Source: Myxococcota bacterium
Lineage (GTDB): Bacteria > Myxococcota_A > UBA796 > CAJQPC01
Length of the DNA: 64,000 bases
Assembly (NCBI GenBank): GCA_036229005.1
Contig: JAZAMN010000014.1
Location: forward strand, 39,785-103,784
Direction of reading: 5' to 3'
In this document: positions 23,616-31,852 of the stretch, in pieces
Layout of the letters: the number at the start of each line of letters is the position of its first letter
Numbering within the stretch: position 1 is the first letter of the stretch
Program-made: the position numbers and the translations under genes
The notes under the pieces: model-generated
Seen by the model: only the letters and a program-made list of their open reading frames with translations
Told to the model about the DNA's origin: nothing
The model's database searches: none

Positions 23616-26339
23616 CTACTTGGCGGCCAGCTCTTCGGGGCTCAGGGCGCGCACCCGCACCGCGCACACCTTGTACTCGGCGGTCTGGGTGACGGGATCG
23701 CCCGCGTCGTTGGTGAGCCGGTTGGTGTTGGACTCGGCAAAGTGCAGGGGCATCCAGACGCACCCGCGCTTCATGCGGGGGCTGATGTTGACCGCCGCGG
23801 TGACCTCGCCGCGCCGAGAGCTGACCCGCACGAGCTGACCATCCTCCAGGCCCAGGCGGTGGGCGTCCCGCTTGTGCATCTCCACAAAGTTCTGTGGCTG
23901 CTTTGCGTGGGCACCCGAGGCCCGCCGCGTCTGGGTCGCGCTGTTGTAGTGGTACAGCGTCCGGCCTGTCGACAGCAGCAGGGGGTAGTCCCGATCGGGG
24001 AGCTCTTCGCTGGGGCGGTAGAAGATGGGCTGGAGGGGCCCGCGCCCGATGATGGGGCCGTCGCTGTGCAGGGTGGGGGTCCCGGGATGCAGCGGATCGG
24101 GGCACGGCCACTGCAGGCCCTCCACCGTCTGCTCCAGGCGCTCGTACGAGATGCCTGAGAACTTGGGCGCCAGCGAGGCCATCTCGGCGTAGATTTCGCC
24201 AGGGCCCGCGTAGTCGGGCATGGGGTAGCCCACCGCCTGGGCCAGCTCGACCAGGATCTCCCAGTCGGCCCGGGCCTGTCCTGGGGGCTCGACGGCCTTG
24301 CGCACGCGCTGCACGCGGCGGTCGGAGTTGGTGAACACCCCGTCCTTCTCGGCAAAGCACGCGGCGGGCAGCACCACGTCCGCGAAGCGGGCGGTCTCGT
24401 TCAGGAAGATGTCCTGGAGCACCAGGAAGTCCAGGGTGTTGAGCCCCTGCTCCAGCTTCTCGGTGTTGGGCTCGGAGAGCACGATGTCCTCGCCCATCAC
24501 GTAGAGCCCGTGGATACCGCGCCCCAGGTGCTTCATCATCACGTTGAGGTTCATCCCCGGCTCAGGGGACAGGGGCACGCCCCAGCCGGCCTCGAAGTGG
24601 GCTTGGGCTGCAGGGTCATCCACCCGCTGGTAGCCGGGGTAGTACACGGGGCTCGCGCCCGCGTCGTTGGCGCCCTGGACGTTGTTCTGGCCGCGCAGGG
24701 GGTTCATGCCCATGCTGGGCTCGCCCAGGTGGCCTGTCGCAAGAACCAGGTTCGCGAGCCCATACACGTTGTCCGTGCCGTGGCTGTGCTCGGTGATGCC
24801 CAGGGTGTAGTAGATGCCGGCCTTGCGGGTGCTGGCGTACCAGCGGGCGGCGGTGCGGATGTCGTCTGCGGGGACGCCCGTGATCTCCTCGGCCCACTCC
24901 GGGGTGCTGTCTGCGACGTTGTCGACCAGCCGCTCCCACCCGGTGGTGTGCTGCTCAATGAACGCGCGGTCCTGCAGCCCCTCGTCCACGATCACGTGCA
25001 TCAGCGCCTTGAGCAGCGCGACGTCGGTGCCGGGCTTGAGCTGCAGATACAGATCGGCGATGTCGGCCAGCCAGATGCGACGGGGATCCGCCACGATCAG
25101 CTTGGCGCCACGCCTCTTGGCCCGCTTCATCTCCATCGCGATGATGGGGTGCGCTTCCGTGGTGTTGCTCCCGATGACGAACATCAGCTCCGTGTCCCGG
25201 ATCTCCGGGATGGAGTTGGTCATCGCGCCTGCTCCGAACATGGTCACCAGACCGGCGACCGTGGGAGCGTGTCACGTCGCCGCGCATTGATGGCAGTTGT
25301 TCGTGCCAAAGGCTGCGCGGGCCAGTTTCTGCATCAGGTAGTTCTCCTCGCCGGTGCAGCGAGACGAGGAGACAAAGCCGAGACCATCGGCGCCGTAGCG
25401 CTGCTTGACGCCCATCAGCCCCTGGGCGGCCACGCGCATGGCGTGCTCCCAGGTCGTGGGCTCCAGCTCCCCCTGGTCGTTGCGGACCAGCGGCTGGGTG
25501 AGGCGCTCACCGTGGTGGATGAACTCGTAGGAGAAGCGCCCCTTCACGCAGAGGTTGCCGTCGTTGACGGTCTCTCCGGGGGGCGGGCTGGTGACCCGCA
25601 CGACCTTGCCGTCGCGGGCGTGCAGGTTGACCTGGCAGCCCACGCCGCAGAAGTTGCAGGTGCTGCGTACAACCTGCTCTTTGTGGTGATCGCTCTGCAG
25701 CGAGGGCTTCTCCGACATGGCCCCGGTGGGGCACACCGCGATGCAGCCGCCGCAGAGCTCGCAGCTCGTGTCCAGCAGGCCCTTGTCGTCGGCGGTGCCG
25801 ATGGTGGTCCTGGCGCCGCGGCCCGACAGGGTGATGGCGGAGACGGCCTCGACCTCGTCGCAGTAGCGCACGCACAGGTTGCAGAGAACGCAGGCGTTGG
25901 GCTCGAAGTGGATGTAGGGGTTGGGGTCGTCCCGGCCCGCGCGCGGCGCCTGGATGGGCGGCAGGCTGGGGCCGTGCCCGTGGGCGATGACCTGCTCGCG
26001 CAGCTTGTTGCCGGTGCCCCGGTCGGCGGGGAGCCCGTCGGCGTCCAGAGCGTGGTCGGCCATGTACATGGACAGCAGCATCTCGCGGTGCCGCTTGACC
26101 TTGGCGCTCTCGCTCTGGACCTTCATGTCGGGGGCGGCCTTGAAGGCGCAGGAGGGCTGCAGCCGCCGCTGTCCCTCGATCTCCACCAGACACATGCGAC
26201 AGGAGCCCATGGGGTCGACCCGGTCCTCTTGACACAGAGTGGGGACATCGACCCCGTTCCTGCGACAGACGTCCAGGAGGGTCTCGCCCTCCGTCGCGGA
26301 GACCTGGGCGCCGTTCAGCTCCAGGGTGAACTCAGACAT
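23616..26339 (-). CDS. fdhA: NAD-dependent formate dehydrogenase alpha subunit, selenocysteine-containing (907 aa; UGA at 25272-25274)
   Basis: The two track ORFs are in one frame. Readthrough gives GTNNCHQCAAT-U-HAPTVAGL..FGAGAMTNS, the FdhF active-site motif. Also 2Fe-2S and 4Fe-4S motifs, CNFCGVGC, PLRGQNNVQG, and a C-terminal molybdopterin-binding domain. Confidence 0.95.
25239..25274 (-). promoter_or_regulatory. Sec UGA codon and bacterial SECIS element
   Basis: UGA-N11-GGUCGCC-GGUCU-GGUGACC hairpin at 25260-25242, same position as the E. coli fdhF SECIS. Confidence 0.88.
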
Positions 26340-27852
26340 CTTCGGCTGCCTCGCGCTGCTGAAAGTCCTGGGGGAAGTGCTCCATCGCGCTCTTGAGGGG
26401 GAGGGAGGCGACCATCCCCAGCCCGCAGATCGAGCCTGCATCCATCTCCCAGTGGACCGCCTCCACATGGGTCAGGGACTCGGTGGCCCCAGCGAGGTGC
26501 GACTGGATGGCTTGCCGCTGCATGCGACAACCGATGCGACAGGGCGCGCACTGGCCGCAGCTCTCATCCTCGAAGAACACCTGCTGCCACAGCGCCGCTT
26601 GGGCCATGTCCACCGTGTCGTTGAGCACGACCGCGCCCGCGCTGCCCAGCATGGAGCCCAGCTTGGGCAGGCCCTTGAAGTCCAAGGGCTGCTCGGCCTG
26701 CGACATGGGCAGGAAGCCGCTGGAGGCGCCCCCCGGCGAGAAGGCCTTGGGGGTGCCCAGGTAGCCGCCCGCGGCGTCCACGAGCTGGGTGAGGGTCGCA
26801 CCCAGGGGCAGCTCGTAGGTACCGGGCCGCTGAACGTGACCGCTGATGCAATACAGTTTGGTCCCCGGCTCGGTGGCGCCCTGCGCCTGGAACCACTGCC
26901 CGCCGCGCAGCACGATGCTGGGCACGCAGGCCAGGGTCTCGACGTTGTTGATCAGCGTGGGCTGCCCAAAGAGCCCGACCTGGGTGGGGTAGGGGGGCTT
27001 GAGGCGCGGCATGCCGCGCTTGCCCTCGATGGCCTCCAGCAGGGCGGTCTCCTCGCCGCAGATGTAGGCCCCGTGCCCCATGACCAGGCGCACATCCAGC
27101 CCGGAGAGGTGGGGTCGGGCCTGCGCGAGGGCCGCCTCCAGGCTCCTCCTCGGCGCCGGGAACTCCCCGCGGATGTAGATGTATGCGCGCTGGGCGCCCA
27201 CGAACCACGCGGCGATGGCCAGCCCCTCGATCAGGCGGTGGGGGCGGCGCAGCATGACCTCGCGGTCCTTGAAGGTGCCGGGCTCGCCCTCGTCGGCGTT
27301 GACCACCACGTAGGGGGTGCCGGGCTCTGCGCGCACCGCCTTCCACTTGAAGAAGGCGGGGAAGCCGGCACCGCCGCGGCCCTGGAGACCGCTGGACTGG
27401 AGTTCCTCCAGGAAGGCGTCGTGTCCCAGCTCCTTGGCGCGCTGCAGGGCCGAATAGCTGGCGTCGTCCGCGCCCCCCAGGTTGATGGGCAGCTCCGGGT
27501 CAGCCGGCGTGACGCCCCCCAGGGGGCCGCTGTGCTCCAACTCCAGGTCGGCGTCGATGTGGATGGGGGCCACATCGCAGTGGCCCAGGCAGCTCACCTT
27601 CTCGACGGGCAGGCCCTGGGCCTCCAGGCGCGCTGCCAGAGCATCGGCGCCCTTGAGCTGGCAGCTCAGGCCCTGACAGACCCGCGTGACGCCCGGCCGG
27701 GCGAGCAGGGTGTAGAAGCTGGCCACGCCGTAGACATCGGCCTCGGGGATGCCGGTCTGCTGGCTGACGCTGCGGGCGACGCCGGGGATCTTTCCGCCGT
27801 GGTGCTCCAGCAGGTCCATGACCTTGGGGCGGTCGGCGTTGTGCTTCTCCAT
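26332..27852 (-). CDS. Fused NuoE/NuoF-like diaphorase subunit of formate dehydrogenase
   Basis: NuoE-like VASFY..CQGLSC..CLGHC fused to NuoF motifs GRGGAGF, NADEGEPGTFKDR, GAYICGEETAL, ESCGQCAPCR, ICGLG. Confidence 0.92.
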   Translation of the reverse strand: MEKHNADRPKVMDLLEHHGGKIPGVARSVSQQTGIPEADVYGVASFYTLLARPGVTRVCQGLSCQLKGADALAARLEAQGLPVEKVSCLGHCDVAPIHIDADLELEHSGPLGGVTPADPELPINLGGADDASYSALQRAKELGHDAFLEELQSSGLQGRGGAGFPAFFKWKAVRAEPGTPYVVVNADEGEPGTFKDREVMLRRPHRLIEGLAIAAWFVGAQRAYIYIRGEFPAPRRSLEAALAQARPHLSGLDVRLVMGHGAYICGEETALLEAIEGKRGMPRLKPPYPTQVGLFGQPTLINNVETLACVPSIVLRGGQWFQAQGATEPGTKLYCISGHVQRPGTYELPLGATLTQLVDAAGGYLGTPKAFSPGGASSGFLPMSQAEQPLDFKGLPKLGSMLGSAGAVVLNDTVDMAQAALWQQVFFEDESCGQCAPCRIGCRMQRQAIQSHLAGATESLTHVEAVHWEMDAGSICGLGMVASLPLKSAMEHFPQDFQQREAAEDV

Positions 27853-27888
27853 TTGGGGAGCGTAGCAGCTTTGTGCCGATTGCAACCG

Positions 27889-28518
27889 TCAGGAAACGGT
27901 GTTCTCCGTACGTCCAGCGAGCTCAGCGAGATCGGCGAGCCACTGGTGCAGCGTGGGCAGGTGGTCGATGGGAGGGGACTCTGCGCGGAGCACGCAGGGC
28001 GCGTCGGGGAAGAGCCCCTGGGCGTACATGGCCCGGTCATCCGTGCTGCCCAGGGAGAAGCGCAGCTCCGGCGAGTTGTTGGCGAGATCCATCAAGAAGG
28101 CGCGCAGCTCGGGCCCCGGCTGCAGGCCGTGGGGGATGCCCTCCCACACCTTGGAGAACTCCCGCCCGTGGGGCGACAAGCGGGTGCGGCGCAGCGTGCC
28201 GCCGAAGGGCTGCAGGTCCAGCGGCATCACGGCCACCAGCTTCTGGCCCAGGCGCACGGAGGCGGGGGCGTCGCTGCTGCTCGCTCGGTAGGAGGCGCTC
28301 ACCATGGCCTTGATCCGGACCGGGCGGCCCTGGGCGTGGCCCGCGAGCCAGGGCTCCGGCTCCACGGGGGTGAAGCCCCCAAGCGCGATCCGCTCGGAGA
28401 GGGCATCTCGGCCCGCCTCGGCGCGCCCGCGCTGCTTGAGACCGGCCCAGACGCCCAGCCCGATCGCCACCGGGAGACCCAGCGGGAGCAGGCAGGCGAG
28501 GCCGGTCAGCCAGTCCAC
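27889..28518 (-). CDS. Hypothetical membrane-anchored protein
   Basis: GTG start overlapping the upstream TAG; N-terminal TM segment. Confidence 0.65.
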   Translation of the reverse strand: MDWLTGLACLLPLGLPVAIGLGVWAGLKQRGRAEAGRDALSERIALGGFTPVEPEPWLAGHAQGRPVRIKAMVSASYRASSSDAPASVRLGQKLVAVMPLDLQPFGGTLRRTRLSPHGREFSKVWEGIPHGLQPGPELRAFLMDLANNSPELRFSLGSTDDRAMYAQGLFPDAPCVLRAESPPIDHLPTLHQWLADLAELAGRTENTVS

Positions 28519-29150
28519 TACTCGGCGATCAGCTCGAGGGAGCCGCTGACCTTGACCGCGTCCCCGATGGACTCGTGGGCGCACTCGGTGATCAGGGCCT
28601 GCAGGTTCTCACCCAGGCCGGCCGCGGCGATGGAGACCTCGAAGGGGGCCTTGCTCGCCAGGGTGTAGGTGGTCTCGCCGGTGCGGGTCAGGGTGGCCTC
28701 GAAGGAGACCGGGGCCTTTCCGGTGTAGAAGGCGACCTCGCCCGAGAGGGGCAGGGTGGTGCTGGCGCCCTGCTCCAGAGCGGGCATCTCCGGAAAGGTC
28801 ACGGTCCAGGTGGCGTTGGGGTGCTCGCCGGCGTGGAAGAAGGTGTCGTGCAGGCGCTGATCGCGCAGCTCCATGCCGGAGTTCCAGGTGGACACGGGGA
28901 TGCTCAGCTCGCTGGGCTTGCCGGAGAAGGCGATCTGTCCGGTGGGGGCGTCCACGGTGGCGCCGACCTCAGCGCTGCCGTTCTTGATCTGCACGAGCTG
29001 GAGCTGGCCGCCGCGCACGGTCAGGGGCTGCTGGGGTGCGGCCTTGGGCTCGGCCTCCTTGCCGGCCTCCGCGCTGGGGGCCTGGTCGCCTGCGGGGGCG
29101 GTGGACTCGGCGGGGGTGCAGGCGAGGGCGAGCAGGATCAGGGACAGCAT
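28518..29150 (-). CDS. YceI-like lipoprotein
   Basis: NSGMELRDQRL...FF..EHP YceI signature; lipobox ALAC. Confidence 0.8.
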   Translation of the reverse strand: MLSLILLALACTPAESTAPAGDQAPSAEAGKEAEPKAAPQQPLTVRGGQLQLVQIKNGSAEVGATVDAPTGQIAFSGKPSELSIPVSTWNSGMELRDQRLHDTFFHAGEHPNATWTVTFPEMPALEQGASTTLPLSGEVAFYTGKAPVSFEATLTRTGETTYTLASKAPFEVSIAAAGLGENLQALITECAHESIGDAVKVSGSLELIAE

Positions 29151-29227
29151 GAAGACTCCAACAGGTGCGGCTGTTTCTATCTATGTGGGCCACGCGGCGC
29201 GATATCTTGCTCTCCCGGGAGGTCGCC

Positions 29228-29596
29228 GTGAAGCTCCGACTGCTGATGCGAGAAGAACTGGTCTCCGTGCTGCCCGAGATGTCTGCGGACCTGGCGCTGC
29301 GGGCCATGCAGGACCATGACTTCCACCACTTCCCGGTCGTGGACACCGACAGCCAGCTCGTGGGCGTGGTGTCGGACCGGGACCTGCTGCGACACGCCGA
29401 GAGCCTGCGCAGCCTGCGGGTGATGGACGTCATGAGCACCCCGGCCATCTGCATGAGCCCCGAAGCCAGCGTCGCCGAGGCCGCCGCCCTGATGATCCAG
29501 GACCACCTGAGCTGCATCCCGCTGCTGGAGGATGGCGCGCTGGTGGGCATCGTCACCCACATCGACCTGCTCAGCCTCTTGTCTCGGGACCTGTAG
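29228..29596 (+). CDS. CBS domain pair protein
   Basis: HFPVVD...LVGVVSDRDL and CIPLL...LVGIVT..DL; GGAGG RBS before GTG 29228. Confidence 0.9.
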   Translation: MKLRLLMREELVSVLPEMSADLALRAMQDHDFHHFPVVDTDSQLVGVVSDRDLLRHAESLRSLRVMDVMSTPAICMSPEASVAEAAALMIQDHLSCIPLLEDGALVGIVTHIDLLSLLSRDL

Positions 29597-29770
29597 TTCT
29601 CCGAAGCAAGTGTTCCGACACTCTTCGCGTGCCGGAACCCATGCTCCAGAGAACTATTGTCTTCTCCGGGGGACACCCCCGGAAATGCGCCTTGCGGCGC
29701 AGCCCCCGCGGGCCCACCCGGGCCCGTGTTCTGCCGGACGGGCCTGTTCGGGGCTCTTGCCCGGCAGAAC
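29594..29770. other. Multi-hairpin structured intergenic element (ncRNA, REP-like or terminator complex)
   Basis: Five consecutive inverted repeats: 29594-29656, 29665-29683, 29686-29701, 29709-29726, 29728-29770. Confidence 0.6.
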
Positions 29771-30783
29771 TAGCAGGCTGCTCGGGGGGCGCCTGAGACC
29801 GCCTCAGCGCAGCGCAGCGCGGCCGCCAGTGTGTCCTCGACGGTGGGGCCGATGTCGTGGTGTGCGAGGAGCAGGAGGTGGTCGTGGTGTACCTCACTGC
29901 CGGGTACACCATGGGCCACCTCCATCACCGCCTCCAGAACCTCAGGACGCTGCAGCAAGGCGAGGACACGCTGGGGATGTCGGGTGTGGACCGCGAGCAG
30001 GCTGTCGGCGATGGGGTGGTTGATGGGCGTGGCGCCGGGCGGCGCGTGCTCCCGATGGCGGATCGTGAAGGGGGCCTGAACGCTGGGGTAGTCGACCCGG
30101 ATCCGGCTGCTGCGGCGATCCCCGCGCTGGCTCAGGGTGAGCTCGAACGCGCAGTCGCCCTGGCTCCCCGTGATGCGCCGGATGGGGGAGGTGTCGCTGA
30201 CCTGGAGGGGCCAGCCGCGGCGCTCGGCGAGCTGGTGCCAGCCGGGGGCGCCAGCGCGCTCGAGCTGCAGGGCGAGCTGGATCAGGGCTCGGGCGGCCTC
30301 GGTGATGTGCTGGGGGGCCATGTCCCACTCGCGGCGCCAGCTCCCCACCAGGTAGCCCAGGCTGAGGGTGTCTCCGTCCGGGAGGCGGAAGCCGGTGAGG
30401 GTCTGCGGCAAGCTGCGCTTGACGCTCAGCGGGGCGCCCAGGGCGTCGGTGAGGGGCAGGGGCTGGGTGAGCAGGAGCTCGCAGTGGGCGCGGTCGATGG
30501 CCTGCAGCTCCAGGCTCAGGCGCAGGGGCCAGGGGCCCAGTCGGCCCTCGAGGGTCAGGCTCGGGCCGTCGCGGGTGACGCTCAGGCCGTGGGTCTCCGC
30601 GAGTGCTCTCAGGCCGCGCTCCTGGCGCTCCAGGACGGCCAGGGACTGGGGGCTCTGGAGCAGAGCCCGCGGCTGGGAGAGCGCGAAGGAGCGGTACAGG
30701 GAGAAGGCGCCCCAGGCGAGCAGGGCGCCGCCTGAAGTCAGCGCGAGGGCCACGCCGGTCCCGATGGCGAGGGGTGGGCTCAT
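29770..30783 (-). CDS. Hypothetical membrane-anchored protein (paralogue of 30780-31769)
   Basis: N-terminal TM; shared W..LAER.GWPL, HPIADSLL and HG.PGSEV..D motifs. Confidence 0.7.
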   Translation of the reverse strand: MSPPLAIGTGVALALTSGGALLAWGAFSLYRSFALSQPRALLQSPQSLAVLERQERGLRALAETHGLSVTRDGPSLTLEGRLGPWPLRLSLELQAIDRAHCELLLTQPLPLTDALGAPLSVKRSLPQTLTGFRLPDGDTLSLGYLVGSWRREWDMAPQHITEAARALIQLALQLERAGAPGWHQLAERRGWPLQVSDTSPIRRITGSQGDCAFELTLSQRGDRRSSRIRVDYPSVQAPFTIRHREHAPPGATPINHPIADSLLAVHTRHPQRVLALLQRPEVLEAVMEVAHGVPGSEVHHDHLLLLAHHDIGPTVEDTLAAALRCAEAVSGAPRAAC

Positions 30784-31769
30784 GCTGGGGCTTGTAGTAC
30801 CTGGGCGGCGTCGACGGCCAGCTCCAGGGCATCGCGCAGGCCCTCGCCGAGGTCTCCGGGGGCTACGAGCACGATGCGGTCCTGCCGCACCTCGCTCCCG
30901 GGGTAGCCGTGCACGATGGCCATCAGGCGCTCAAAGGCCAGGGGGTGGGCCAGCAAGGCGCGGAGGGCTTCGGGCTCCTCTGCCCGACCCCAGAGGAGGG
31001 AGTCGGCGATGGGGTGGGCAAAGCGCACGGATGCACCACGCCCCCGCTCGCGGTGGAGGAGCTGGAAGGGGGGCTGGCCGGTGTCGACGAGGCACATCAG
31101 GCGCGTGCGGAGCTTGCCCTGGACGCGCTCGATGGAGAGCTGCACGGCCCGGCCCTGATGCAGCGCGGAGATGCGCGGGAGGCCGTCGTGGTTCAGGGTC
31201 AGGGGCCAGCCCTCGCGCTCGGCCAGCGCGTACCACTGCGGGTGCAGTGACTTGTGGGCGGCCGTGAGCCAGGCCAGCAGCTCCGGCCAGAGGGTCTGGT
31301 GCTGGGAGGGGGCGCAGGACAGGACGATGCGGCCGCGCAGGTCGGTCTCGGGGCCCTTGCAGCAGCCCTTGAGGTCGGGGCCCGCCTGCTCCCAGAGGGC
31401 GGCCAGAGTCTGCTTGCCCAGGTCGGGGAGGCTGTATCGGAGGCGGATGGTCCCCGGGCGCTCGTAGCCCAGGGATTGGGGGGGCGGCTGACACACATTG
31501 ACCTGCAGCGGCGCGCCGCGGAGCTTGCCCTCCAGCACGTGGTGGCTGCCGTCGTAGCTGTGTCGCAGGCCCAGTTCGGCCGCGCGGGGCTTCCAGGGGG
31601 TGTCGGCGAGATCGCGCTGGAAGGCCTCGTGCTCGGCCTGGATGCTCTCCCAGGTCGGCTGGCCCGGGCGGGGCGGAGCGTCCTGCTGCCTGCTCGCGGC
31701 GTAGGCGATCAGAGCCATGTTGACGATGCCACTCAGCAAGAAGGCCAGGGCGCTCAGATCGGCTTCCAC
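30780..31769 (-). CDS. Hypothetical membrane-anchored protein (start 31769 or 31823)
   Basis: N-terminal TM; motifs shared with the downstream gene; 4-nt ATGA overlap with it. Confidence 0.7.
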   Translation of the reverse strand: MEADLSALAFLLSGIVNMALIAYAASRQQDAPPRPGQPTWESIQAEHEAFQRDLADTPWKPRAAELGLRHSYDGSHHVLEGKLRGAPLQVNVCQPPPQSLGYERPGTIRLRYSLPDLGKQTLAALWEQAGPDLKGCCKGPETDLRGRIVLSCAPSQHQTLWPELLAWLTAAHKSLHPQWYALAEREGWPLTLNHDGLPRISALHQGRAVQLSIERVQGKLRTRLMCLVDTGQPPFQLLHRERGRGASVRFAHPIADSLLWGRAEEPEALRALLAHPLAFERLMAIVHGYPGSEVRQDRIVLVAPGDLGEGLRDALELAVDAAQVLQAPA

Positions 31770-31852
31770 CCCAGCAAAGTAGCCACCCCGGGCGCGTCGT
31801 CCAGGGGCACTCCGGGTAGTCATCCGGCCCCCCCCAGGCTACCGGGGCGGCC

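Noticed and set aside
25247..25274. fdhA as a pseudogene or two separate genes
   Set aside because: The stop is a single in-frame TGA at the conserved Sec/Cys ligand position, followed by a SECIS-like hairpin.
26332..27852. Respiratory complex I (nuo) operon
   Set aside because: No other nuo genes are present; the gene is coupled to a molybdopterin FDH alpha subunit.
27865..27880. Sigma-54 promoter upstream of the FDH operon (minus strand CGGCACAAAGCTGCT)
   Set aside because: The GG-to-GC spacing is 9 nt rather than the required 10.
29594..29770. Integron attC site or tRNA (including tRNA-Sec)
   Set aside because: The stems run GTT...AAC, not RYYYAAC...GTTRRRY. There is no cloverleaf, T-loop or CCA end.
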